From contig JBDHZC010000001.1 of assembly GCA_039811685.1 (NCBI GenBank), positions 480,001-544,000 on the forward strand: a stretch of DNA of 64,000 bases, in the 5' to 3' direction. Under the pieces are notes generated by a model, which searched no databases, was not told the DNA's origin, and saw only the letters and a program-made list of their open reading frames with translations. Numbering within the stretch: the first letter of the stretch is position 1; every line of letters starts with the position of its first letter. Positions 39,935 through 50,500 of this stretch are shown piece after piece. This DNA comes from Armatimonadota bacterium. Its GTDB lineage: Bacteria; Armatimonadota; UBA5829; DSUL01. The position numbers were made by a program, and so were the translations under genes.

Positions 39935-42900
39935 ATGGCAGAAGATGCGAAAGAGTTGTCTACAATGGCGACCTGTGCACACCGATGTCCCAAGTTAATC
40001 AGCCTGCTTCTGGGAGCGATTTATATGGCACTGAGTTTCACATCCAACTCCGCCCTCGGAGAACCTGTCTATATCAGCGACCGTCAGGACCTCATTCTTT
40101 TTGCCCAGCAAGGCTGGGGACAACTGGGACTCAACACCTGCGCGTTTGTGCCGGGCGGTCAGATGCAGGAGCTTCGAATTGGCGAGCGCTCTTACGCCAA
40201 AGGGTTGGGTCAACACGCTAACGGCGAACTGGTTCTGGATGTTGACGGACGCTACAAGCTGTTCGAAGCGGAAATCGGAGTGCAGCCCCTGCCCGGCTGC
40301 AAGGGGACTGTGCGCTACGAGCTGATAGCGGACGGACAACAGATATACCGCAGCGGCGTCGTCCAAGCTGGAAAGCCTGCGATACCGGTCTCAGTACCAA
40401 TACAGGGCGTCTTTGAACTCATACTGCGCGTGGACGACGCGGGAGACGGCATCAACTGCGATTGCGCGAACTGGGCTGACGCCAGACTCACTCCTGCGGA
40501 TGTCCCGGCAACGCGGACACCTTCCAAACAAACGGATATCGCGCCTTTTGCGCGCGTTGTGACGTGGGATCCGGAGCGTATGGACGGCGCTCGCGCAGGA
40601 AGAACAGAAGAGTTTCACGCTGAGGACCTCTTTCTCGACCACAATCTCAAACCCGATGCAACTGGCCTCTACAATGTGTCGGAGTATGCGAACGGACGAG
40701 GTTGCATAGGACTCCAGTGGCTGGAGCGCCGCTACCTGAAATCTGTGTCCATAAGACTGAAAGAGCCTGTTGACATCTCAGAAGTACAGGTGCAGGGATG
40801 GGTCGGTGAATCCGCATGGCAGGGCAACTGGAATCCCCTGACGGGTACTATTGATGTCACCGACGGCGCCCTTACGCTGCGCATTGATTGGCAAAGCAAC
40901 CCGGATGCCCGACTGGGCTTTCGAAAGATTCGCTGGGTGCTTCCGGGACCAAATAGAGCAGAGCTACTGAGCGCTATCACAGTGGGGCGTTGGGCAACGG
41001 CCAGCATTACGCTTCAAGCAATTCGGCAGTCGAGCGGTCAGAGTGGTGAAATAGAGATCTATAACGGCGAGATCACGTCTCCCGCAGGAGACGGTCTTGT
41101 TCGGAGCTGGAATCTGAACAATCCGCTGACCCTGGAAGTCCGCCACAGCCTTATGACCTCCCAAAAGTCCGACCGTACAGTGTTACGGCTTCGCTTGCCG
41201 CAGGGGCAGTTTGCGGTTGCTCTTGATGACGTTTTGAATCACGGCGCTGTCTGGGTGCGAGACTATGGCGTTTACGTGACAGATGCCTCCAGACCAGTCA
41301 CGTTTCAGGATTACGAGAAGAAATATGCCGGCCGCAAAACTATCCTGTCGCGCGTGAAGAGCATGCCGGACCAGACTCTTGCTTCAGCAATGAAGCACAC
41401 GCATCGAGATATCCAAAACAACGGACCAACTCTCCTCTCGCTTGCCTGTGACAATCACAAGTTCATCGTCGGGCGCGACGGGACAATTCAGTTCGAGGAC
41501 GACCCAACAAAAGCTGACCAGTACGTGGACGCTATAGCGCCGATGGGACGTGAGATCAAGCCGGTATTCGGCGGGGGGGAGAGCGCGGGTTTCAAGCGAC
41601 AACTGTCTGACGGGTGGCTTCCAGCACCCATTTCAAAACTACAGAACCATGGCATCGAGTACAATCAGCGGACGTTCGTCGCCCCAGCTGGGAATACTGG
41701 ACGGCCCGTGCTGCTCAGCGTCCTAACCGCGACAAACATCTCCGGTACGCATGCTCAAGCGCATATCGAGCTACAGGCTTTGGATAACGGTAGACCGTTT
41801 TCCATCACGGAGAGCAGCGGACACAGGTGGCGCATTGGCAGCCCTGAAAAACCCGCCGCGCAAGTATCTGCCGCCAAAGGCCAACCCCTCACGGCGCAAG
41901 CGTCAAATGGAGCGCTGAGATTTGACGGTGAACTCAAGCCAGGCGAGTCTGCCGAAGTCATCTTGTGGATTGACATCAGCCCGGATGAAGACATCCCCCA
42001 ACCAGATGCAGACCAGTTCAACAGAGCGTTCAAAGAGTACTGGCAGGACATTCTGGGCAAAGCCACTCAGATTGACGTACCTGATCCCCTGCTGATGAAC
42101 ATCATACGCGCGTCTCAGGTGCACTGCCTGATTGCTGCGAGAAACGCTGACAAAGGGCGCCTTGTTGCGCCGTGGATCGCTTCTATGGCCTACGGGCCGC
42201 TTGAAAGCGAGGCGAACTCCATTATCCGGGGGATGGACCTCCTTGGACACACGGATTTCGCACGGCGCTCGCTGGACTACTTCATCAGCAAGTACACTCC
42301 AGAGGGCATGCTCACGACTGGCTACACTCTGATGGGCGAAGGCTGGCACCTCCAGACTCTTGGACAGCACTTCCAGCTTGCCAATGACACCGACTGGCTG
42401 AGATCTCATGCAGCGGCTGTTGAGAGCGCGTGTGAATGGATCGTCCGCCAACGCGACAAGACAATCAATTCAGAGGACGGCGTCGGTCGTCCGGAGTATG
42501 GGCTGCTTCCGCCCGGCGTGTGCGCCGACTGGAACGCCTACGCCTATCACTTTGCTCTCAATGGGTACTACTATGCGGGACTGCACCTCGCCGCCTTAGC
42601 GCTCGGGTCAATTCACGACAAGGACGTTTCCCCATCCGCAGGCAGACTGCTCCAATCCGCCGCGCACCTCAAGCGAAGCATTCTGGGCGCCTACAAATGG
42701 ACGCAGGCGCGCTCACCTGTTGTAATGCTGCAGGACGGAAGCTGGACGCCCCCCTCGCCTTCGCAGGTTCATTCTCCAGGGCCGACCGGAGACTTCTTCC
42801 CCGCCGAAGACGGCAATAGAAGCTGGTGTTATGACGTGGAACTGGGAGCTCATCACCTGATTCACCAGGGTGTTCTTGAGCCGCACAGTCAGGATGTGGA

Positions 42901-43552
42901 CGAAGCCATCAACTACCTTGAAGATGTTCAGTTCCTGTCTGACGGATGGTTCGACTATCCTTCCCAGGAGTCGCAGAAGGACTGGTTTAACCTTGGCGGC
43001 TTCAGCAAGGTACAGCCTTACTACACCCGCAACTGCGAAGTCTATGCCATGCGCGACGAGGTCAAGCCGTTTGTCCGGTCTTATTTCAACACCCTCGCGT
43101 CTCTGATAAATCTGGAAAACCTGTCCTTCTGGGAACACTTCCATAACGTGGCCGCGTGGAACAAGACGCACGAGACGGGCTACTTTTTGCAGCAGACCCG
43201 GTTTACGATGATCTTTGAGCATGGCAGTGAGCTCTGGCTGGCGCCACTGGTAACGAGTAACTGGCTGAAGCAGGGAATGCACTTTGGCGTCAGGAACGCC
43301 CCTACTGCTTTTGGACCAGTAAGCTACCAGGTCACATCTGAAGTCGACAACGGAGTGATTGAGGCCAAAGTCGAGCCCCCGTCGCGCAGCGAAGGGACTG
43401 CTATGGTTATTCGGCTGCGCCACCCGGATGGAAAGAAAATCCACAGAGTCACGATAAACGGAAAGCCGCATTCGGGTTTTGATGCCGGTACCGATACCGT
43501 GCGTGTCTACTGGCAGACAAAACCCTTTGTCGTGAAGGCAGAGTACCAGTGA
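39935..43552 (+). CDS. Secreted NPCBM/NEW2 (CBM51-like) domain protein with C-terminal (alpha/alpha)6 glycosidase-like domain
   Basis: KGLGQHA..F.AEIGV..L.L.V.DAGDGI.CD.ANWADA NPCBM signature; C-terminal helical domain with GLLPPG..AD and FWEHF. Start uncertain. Confidence 0.7.
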   Translation: MAEDAKELSTMATCAHRCPKLISLLLGAIYMALSFTSNSALGEPVYISDRQDLILFAQQGWGQLGLNTCAFVPGGQMQELRIGERSYAKGLGQHANGELVLDVDGRYKLFEAEIGVQPLPGCKGTVRYELIADGQQIYRSGVVQAGKPAIPVSVPIQGVFELILRVDDAGDGINCDCANWADARLTPADVPATRTPSKQTDIAPFARVVTWDPERMDGARAGRTEEFHAEDLFLDHNLKPDATGLYNVSEYANGRGCIGLQWLERRYLKSVSIRLKEPVDISEVQVQGWVGESAWQGNWNPLTGTIDVTDGALTLRIDWQSNPDARLGFRKIRWVLPGPNRAELLSAITVGRWATASITLQAIRQSSGQSGEIEIYNGEITSPAGDGLVRSWNLNNPLTLEVRHSLMTSQKSDRTVLRLRLPQGQFAVALDDVLNHGAVWVRDYGVYVTDASRPVTFQDYEKKYAGRKTILSRVKSMPDQTLASAMKHTHRDIQNNGPTLLSLACDNHKFIVGRDGTIQFEDDPTKADQYVDAIAPMGREIKPVFGGGESAGFKRQLSDGWLPAPISKLQNHGIEYNQRTFVAPAGNTGRPVLLSVLTATNISGTHAQAHIELQALDNGRPFSITESSGHRWRIGSPEKPAAQVSAAKGQPLTAQASNGALRFDGELKPGESAEVILWIDISPDEDIPQPDADQFNRAFKEYWQDILGKATQIDVPDPLLMNIIRASQVHCLIAARNADKGRLVAPWIASMAYGPLESEANSIIRGMDLLGHTDFARRSLDYFISKYTPEGMLTTGYTLMGEGWHLQTLGQHFQLANDTDWLRSHAAAVESACEWIVRQRDKTINSEDGVGRPEYGLLPPGVCADWNAYAYHFALNGYYYAGLHLAALALGSIHDKDVSPSAGRLLQSAAHLKRSILGAYKWTQARSPVVMLQDGSWTPPSPSQVHSPGPTGDFFPAEDGNRSWCYDVELGAHHLIHQGVLEPHSQDVDEAINYLEDVQFLSDGWFDYPSQESQKDWFNLGGFSKVQPYYTRNCEVYAMRDEVKPFVRSYFNTLASLINLENLSFWEHFHNVAAWNKTHETGYFLQQTRFTMIFEHGSELWLAPLVTSNWLKQGMHFGVRNAPTAFGPVSYQVTSEVDNGVIEAKVEPPSRSEGTAMVIRLRHPDGKKIHRVTINGKPHSGFDAGTDTVRVYWQTKPFVVKAEYQ

Positions 43553-43574
43553 GAGCGGCCCTGTTATCCGGCCG

Positions 43575-44366
43575 CTATTTGAAGGTGGAGTCAGGCAGTC
43601 CTGTGTTGACTTGGACAGAAGTGTATTCTGAGGTTCCGGCCAACTTCTCGTCCTCATTGTAAACGCGGATCTCCGTCGGTAACAAGAAGCCGTCAAAAGA
43701 CCTGTGCTTGGAGTAGATGTAGCGCGCGATAAGTGAGCCGTCATCCTCAAAGTTCTCGCGCTTCATCAAGCGCATCTGTGAAGCGTCGATATAGAGCTTG
43801 ATCTTTTTATGCAGCGCGTTGGACCGTGCCATCACGACCAGATAGACCGGACGCTGATCATCTGTTGTAAGGGAAACAGAGTCAATGTGATACTGTGTCC
43901 AGATTGAAGGGTCAACCAGCCCGACATCGAGGGCGCTTCTGCGTTTGTGCGGCTTTTGCGAGATGTCCTCCGTCTTGTTGACGAACCCTGCCTTGACACG
44001 CCGCGTAGTTCCTGTGACCAGATAGGTGACATTCATCAGACCAGTCTTGCCCGTCATCTTGAACTTGTCGGGGAACTTGAACTCCAGCTTGCTGCTGGAA
44101 AACTTGTACGCCATGCCGAAGTCTTTGCCGATCTTCTCCAACTCCTGCTGATTCTCATAGGCGATACGCACTGTGAGAGTCACGTCCTTCAGTCCAGCGG
44201 TGGCACTTTGCAGCTTCTGTTTGAGCTGGAGTTCGTCTGCAGAGCTGGCTGGCGCAGTTTGCGCGGCACTGCAAAGCGATACAGAGAAGAGGAGCGCAGC
44301 GGCTGCACCGAGCGCGATCTTTACGTGAGCGCAGAACGAAAGGCATGTTTTGGAGTAGTTGGACAA
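43575..44366 (-). CDS. Exported LolA-like / outer-membrane lipoprotein-sorting fold protein
   Basis: Signal peptide, FK.PDKFK, IKLYID....L.KRE, alternating beta-strand pattern, terminal VNTGLPDSTF typical of LolA-fold proteins. Confidence 0.65.
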   Translation of the reverse strand: MSNYSKTCLSFCAHVKIALGAAAALLFSVSLCSAAQTAPASSADELQLKQKLQSATAGLKDVTLTVRIAYENQQELEKIGKDFGMAYKFSSSKLEFKFPDKFKMTGKTGLMNVTYLVTGTTRRVKAGFVNKTEDISQKPHKRRSALDVGLVDPSIWTQYHIDSVSLTTDDQRPVYLVVMARSNALHKKIKLYIDASQMRLMKRENFEDDGSLIARYIYSKHRSFDGFLLPTEIRVYNEDEKLAGTSEYTSVQVNTGLPDSTFK

Positions 44367-44454
44367 GGCTTCTTCCCGTAAGAACGTCTATCCGGACAAA
44401 ACGTTTCCATTACCAACAGACAAGAGATGGAGTGCGCCAGATTTGCGAGCGCGT

Positions 44455-45411
44455 TTACTCTCCGCTTTTCTGCGGCGCCGTAGCTGGCTTTAGCAGATAG
44501 GTATCGAACCACTCCGCAATCGTCTGGACGTTGGCCGACATATTGCTCCAGCCATGATCGGCGCCGTGTACAACAACGAGCCTCACCGGTACACCTGCCT
44601 TCTCGAGTGCCTGCTTCATCTCTTCAGACTGCTGCAGCGGGACGAGCTGATCTTTGTCACCGTGAAAGATGAGGGTCGGCGGGTCATCTGCAGAAACGTA
44701 GGTAACAGGTGAGATCTCGCGCAATATCGCCAGGCGGCGTGTTTCATCTGTCACCGGTAGAAAGCGCCCGCTAGCCTTGTCGAGTTCGACAAAATCGAAC
44801 GGCGCCCTGAATGGCTTGAGTGTATCCTGCAAAGCCTGAAACACATTGCGCCCAGCTTCTCCGTAGTTCAGAAAATCAGTCGGGGGGAAAAAGCAGCCAA
44901 CAGCCTGCACCCGGCTGGATTCCCTCTCCACAGGGTCCTTCGCTGAAGAATCGCCGGCGTTTCCGGAAGTCGCCATCAGCAAGGACAAATGCCCTCCGGC
45001 AGACCCGCCCGTTATGCCCAGCTTGTCCGGATCGACACCGACATTGACCGCATAGTGCCGGATAAACCGGACCGCGCGGTGCATATCTTCTGCAATTTCC
45101 GGAATTGTGAACTTCGGCTGGCTTCCGTGAGCGACGGCAAAAACGGTATAGCCGCGCTCGAGAAATTCAGATACAGTCTCAAGGCTGACCATCTCTGGCG
45201 CAGAGAACCAACCCCCACTGAGTACCAGAATCACTCCTGCGCCGTTCTGATGCTGGGGGCGAAAGACACTCAGGGTCAGCGCCATGCCGTACTTGCGCCC
45301 GTAGATAACGTCCGCGTGCTGTGTTACGCCGGGAGGAAGTCCGGCCGTATGCCCACACGCTGGTACAGACATCAATAGCGCCAGCAGCGCCCATATTCTG
45401 ACAAATCTCAT
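44455..45411 (-). CDS. Secreted alpha/beta hydrolase (esterase/lipase)
   Basis: SGGW, GGSAGG nucleophile elbow, PTLIFHGDKD.LVP, GADH. Confidence 0.88.
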   Translation of the reverse strand: MRFVRIWALLALLMSVPACGHTAGLPPGVTQHADVIYGRKYGMALTLSVFRPQHQNGAGVILVLSGGWFSAPEMVSLETVSEFLERGYTVFAVAHGSQPKFTIPEIAEDMHRAVRFIRHYAVNVGVDPDKLGITGGSAGGHLSLLMATSGNAGDSSAKDPVERESSRVQAVGCFFPPTDFLNYGEAGRNVFQALQDTLKPFRAPFDFVELDKASGRFLPVTDETRRLAILREISPVTYVSADDPPTLIFHGDKDQLVPLQQSEEMKQALEKAGVPVRLVVVHGADHGWSNMSANVQTIAEWFDTYLLKPATAPQKSGE

Positions 45412-45531
45412 TTCGCGTCCCCAAAAACTCAAAAGTGCTCCATTCTAACGAGTGGCTCACCTTAGCGCAAGGCCTCACCCAGCCTTTTTCTCTAAGCCTG
45501 GTTTTTCGGACAAGAATTGTCCCGGGGTTTG

Positions 45532-45560
45532 TTGCGAGTGTTCCGGGAATGCGGTATAAA
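45532..45560 (+). promoter_or_regulatory. Sigma70 promoter of the tRNA-Met gene
   Basis: TTGCGA-17 bp-TATAAA, ending 11 nt before the tRNA. Confidence 0.65.
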
Positions 45561-45571
45561 GAATAAGTCGA

Positions 45572-45868
<297 letters not shown>

Positions 45869-45974
45869 TCATCTGCACTCCACGCGCGCACACTGCCGGA
45901 AATCGCGTTTGTCCCTCCACCCAAAGCACGAGGATCGCTCTCGAAAAGTTCACATTACCAGACAGATGAGTACC

Positions 45975-46002
45975 CCCAAATAAGCCGGAGTCTGTCACAC
46001 GC
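45975..46002 (+). repeat. 28-bp direct repeat, copy 1
   Basis: CCCAAATAAGCCGGAGTCTGTCACACGC, preceded by AGATGAGTA; 27/28 identical to 47357-47384. Confidence 0.9.
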
Positions 46003-46320
46003 ATTGCAATGCTAATGAGCTGACTAGTTTCGGCGGTGCATGAAGGACTATCAAAGGAGTGGGCGCTGCGCGCGAGGCACCTTGCGTCAAGCTGCCATCC
46101 TGGTGACAGGCCGCTGCTTGCAGCGACATAGGTGAATTGATTGATCTGGCTTTACTGGGTCTGTTGAACGCTGTAGAATGAAACAGTGGCTATAACAAAA
46201 AGAACAAATGTTGATCAATAAGCTACAACCTGATTTTTTCTGTGAATGTGACCTTCTCTACGCTCAAGTGGTTCGTCGCTGACAGAGACAGGGTGCAAGA
46301 GTACGTGGACATGAAAACAC

Positions 46321-47172
46321 GTGGAAAGGTTGCTGATAACGATGGATCGGATAGACAAGATAGTGGCGGGACTAAAGGAGGACGAAGCAAACCCGTATCT
46401 GCACGAGTGCGGTTTACCGGAACACCACCTGGACGTACGTGCTAGGAACGCTGCGCCTGGTGAGTGCTGGTGCGGCGGCGCCGGCGGCAGAGGCAGGCGT
46501 TACACGGTTGACGGTGATCTGGTGGCGTTCGCACACTACTGCTCGTGCCAGGCGGGGCAGGATTTGCGCGAGGCTATACGGCGGATCAGGCAGGAGGTTG
46601 CAGATCGCAAAGCCGATGATAGAGTCAAGGTACTCTGGCGCGTGTCCGGTATCCCGAAACGCTATGCTTCATGGACGTTAGAGTCCTCGCCTGTCATGTC
46701 AGTGGCAAAGAGCCTGGAAGAGAAGTTCGAGAAAGATCGCTGGCTGTTCATCTGCGGGCCTCTTGGCACTGGCAAGACCGGGTTGGCTGTGGGTTATGCA
46801 CGTCTGTGGATGCAGAAGACACGGGGTGAAGAGAATGTAAAGTTCATAGATGTGCCTTCGATGTCTCTGGATGTCAAGGGTGAGTATGACTCTGCATCCT
46901 CCTCTCGTGAGATGCTGCGCAGGTATTGGCAGTGCGGATTTCTGGTGCTAGACGATCTGGGCGCGGAATACACGCGCAACTCTGACTGGCTTCAGGAAGT
47001 CCTCTGGCGCATCATAGGCAAGCGGTATTGCGGCGAGTTGCCAACGGTCATAACGTCTAACTACTCGCTCGCAGAGCTGGCGGCGCCCGAACGCTGCGGC
47101 CCCAGGCTTGCGGATCGGATCGCGGAATGTTGCGGCAAAGATGGAGTCGTCGTCGTCAAAGGCAAATCGTAG
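46321..47172 (+). CDS. Phage-type DnaC/IstB-like AAA+ ATPase (helicase loader)
   Basis: N-terminal CWC...CSC Zn motif, SGIPKRY, GPLGTGKT, LVLDDLGAE, RY...PTVITSN, R.ADRI.E.C. Confidence 0.8.
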   Translation: MERLLITMDRIDKIVAGLKEDEANPYLHECGLPEHHLDVRARNAAPGECWCGGAGGRGRRYTVDGDLVAFAHYCSCQAGQDLREAIRRIRQEVADRKADDRVKVLWRVSGIPKRYASWTLESSPVMSVAKSLEEKFEKDRWLFICGPLGTGKTGLAVGYARLWMQKTRGEENVKFIDVPSMSLDVKGEYDSASSSREMLRRYWQCGFLVLDDLGAEYTRNSDWLQEVLWRIIGKRYCGELPTVITSNYSLAELAAPERCGPRLADRIAECCGKDGVVVVKGKS

Positions 47173-47356
47173 TATCGTACCCTCATAGTTCTAACAAATC
47201 CATTCCGTTAGCCGAGCAGGCAAGCCGGTCAGAACCAGCAGCTGTTCCAAGTACTATCCAACGCGTAACAGCCTTCATTAGTAATACTTCAATTTCGAAA
47301 CCCTTACCCCTTGCCAATTATTACCTCGCGCTCTCATCTCGGTAAGATGAGTAAAT

Positions 47357-47384
47357 CCCAAATAAGCCGGAATCTGTCACACGC
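47357..47384 (+). repeat. 28-bp direct repeat, copy 2
   Basis: CCCAAATAAGCCGGAATCTGTCACACGC, preceded by AGATGAGTA. Confidence 0.9.
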
Positions 47385-47536
47385 GCCACATGTCTGACAA
47401 GCCGACACCTTCAGAGTGAAACGAATTACCAGTTGACAAACGGCGTGTGCTGCCTGAACATGGAGGCAGGAGCGCGCAGAGAGTAGGACTGTCGGCGCTT
47501 CTCCCAAAACTGGCCAATTCAGAAAGACCCCCTTCC

Positions 47537-50500
47537 ATGAGCTTGCTGCACTTACGTTTGATTCGTCTGAGCGCGCTGTGTTGCCTGTTGTCTGGTAGCG
47601 CTCTGCAGGCCGCCACTATCACCTATGGCCCGGTTGTAGCCCCTGTTGACCCACCAGGCGGAAGCCCTCCCACCAGCGCGCGTGTATTCTGGCGCACTGA
47701 TACTCCTACTACTTCGAACACGGCGTACGCCGGAGCGGGTCCTAGCGGCCCATGGACCGTTACAGCCACAGACAACGCGGTAGATACACGGCACGAGGTC
47801 TTGATCAACGGGCTGGCAGCTGGAGCGACGTTCTATGTGTACGTCACTTCGGACGCAGCGTCGTCGGCTCCCGTCAAATCACGGATGGCAGCAAACCTTC
47901 TGGTCAACGGTAGCCTGGAGACATGGCATGCAGTTTCCGGTCAGGGCTGGGGATCTCAGGAACCGGACGGATGGCACGGATGGGAGATTTACCCCTGGAA
48001 TCCGCCTGGCTCCAACAACCCAGATCATATCGCCATCCAAATGGATCGGCCGACGGCTATTCCATCGCCAGCTGTCAAAGACGGCGCACACCGCGCAGGG
48101 ATGGACGAGGGATGGCGGTCGTGTTACGGCGGAATGTACCAAACCGTGAGCGGCCTAGCGCCTGGAGATTACCAGATATCGGCATGGGTGGCGTGGCAGT
48201 TTAGTGGGACGAGTGCACATGACAGACATCTACTGGAAATTGTCGCCAAAGACGGGGCGCATCAGCCCGGCATAGCGCCGACGGGAGAAGTCATTTTCCG
48301 GCAGTTCAGTCCGGGTGAGGAAAAGAAATGGCAGCTTATTAGCGGCACAGTTCACTGCAGCAGTGGGACGGTCACCCTCTACGCCAACCTGCGTTCCGAC
48401 AACTATGACGGATCGTCGTTTGCACACTTTGACGCCTTGCGGATGATGGCGCTGTCGGAACCAGCGGTGAGTTTCTCCAACTTCGCAAGCTCGCGCGTGA
48501 TCAACGGCGCAGCCTACGACGTGACGATCACTTATCAGACGAGTATTCCCGTAACTACGCAGATTGATTGGGGTCCGAGCGCTTCTTACGGGAGCAGCAG
48601 CGCGCAGAATCCGGCGCTTGCTACAAATCATCAAGTTACCCTTAGCGGCGTCCCGCCTTCATCCACGCCCTACCACTACCGCGCACACGCCACTGCTCCA
48701 GGCGATGTGGACGAGTTCTCGGCGGATCAGACTTTCGACGCTTCCGCGCTCACCTTCAGCGGAGTCTCGTCGGCGGTTGAGCCTCAGACCGGGAAAATTT
48801 GTACGGTTTCGTGGACGACGAACTATCCGACGGCGGACAACAGGCTCTACTACCGGGCGCTGGGATCAGGGGAGTATACCGAGGTTGTCGAGCCCGCCGC
48901 GCCCGCATCTACCGCTCACGCTGTGACCGTCACAGGCTTATCGCTTGCAAAGACCTATCAGTTCTATGTCACAGGAGCATCCAGCGATATCCTTCCTGCG
49001 CAATCGGCTCTCTACTCCTTCCAGACTCCCACCAGTCCTGCTCTCGCCAATCTCTACATCGGGATGGCGATGATCGGCGGTCCGCTGTCAAAGGGAGGTG
49101 ATGATGTCGGCCCGGCGCAGCCAGTTCAGAACCTGATCCTGCGCGACGCCTCGATGCTTAACATTGACAAACTCCCGAGCTACAACTGGCCGACGGTTCA
49201 ACCGAACGATCCGGGCGTCGGCCCGAACGTCTATGACTGGTCTAAGGGAGATGAGAAGGCCGACGACCTCATACCGGGAAAGGCAAGAACGACATATTTC
49301 CAGATGTATGGGAGCACGCCTTCCTGGCTGACTCAGGACACTGCGCGCTTCTGGCAGAAGTTTGAGGAGTTTGTCGAGGCTATGGCCGTACACCTCAATA
49401 CGACGTACGGCGACGCGGACTACATCTTTGAGAACGAACCTAACATCTCTCGCGCCCCGTCAGGTTGGAGCTGGGATAACTGGTACATCCACTGCCTTCA
49501 GCACTTCTACGTCGCTGTTCACCGGGCGGATGCGAAGACCGGACGCACAAACCGCGTGGTCGCCGGAAACCTGTCCGGTCAGGCAGCGAGCGGCTTCGCC
49601 AGTCTCTATGCCAAAGGTCTGAAGAACTACTCGGATGTTCTCGGCTATCACCCGTATGCGGCGGACCTTCGCACAGGTCTGGAGGTGTCTGATCTGGCGC
49701 TGATTCACTCGATTCAGACGCAGTACGGGGACGGCGCGAAGAAGATCTATGTCACAGAAGGCTGGGGATCCGGGCGCGCGGCGGGCTTTGACAGAAGCAG
49801 TCCCACGGTTCCAGTTTCTGCACAGGAAGTCGAGAACATGTGGCTGTCGCTGGTCAATGGCTGGGACAACGCGATGACCCCGCGCCAGAACTGGTCTCCA
49901 GAGTATCTCTATGGAATGCGCTTCTTCTGCGGCAACGACAACTGGGGAGCGGGCAACTGGCGAAAGCGCGCCATTCCTCAAAAGGACGGAGCGGGAAACA
50001 TTATCGGCTTTATCGTGGACGGGTACTGGATGACGCCGGACATTGCGCCGCAGTTCTGGAACGGAGGGTTGCTGGACTGGTACGGCAACTCCAAGGACGC
50101 GCTGATGCTGGTGTTCCCTGGCAACGGGCTGGTGTTTATGAACCCAGGCTTCGAGCTGGCGTCCGACCCGCCTGAAGCGAATCTGCCGCACTTCTGGACG
50201 ACAGCATCCGACCCCGCCCCGCCGCAGAACTACTCGCTGGACAGCACTGTCTATCATGGCGGCCGAAACTCCCTTAGGCTCACCGCTCCCGCGAGTGTCT
50301 GGCAGAAGACGGCGAAGCGGTCTGTCCTGCCCGGTGTCAGCTACAGGGCCAGGGTGTGGTGCAGGCTGGAGGCACAGTCCTCCGGGGCTCCGGCTTTCTA
50401 CCTGCGCTTCGCGGACTTGAGCGGATCGCAAAAGAGCACACCGGTTTACGCTGATCCAATCGCTGCCGATGGGCAGTGGCGCCTGATGCAAGCTACAGCC

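Noticed and set aside
46321..47172. IS21 element (istB)
   Set aside because: No istA transposase and no terminal inverted repeats; the N-terminal Cys motifs fit phage DnaC-like loaders better.
45975..47384. CRISPR array or integron
   Set aside because: Only two repeats 1.4 kb apart, no cas or intI gene, no GTTRRRY cores.
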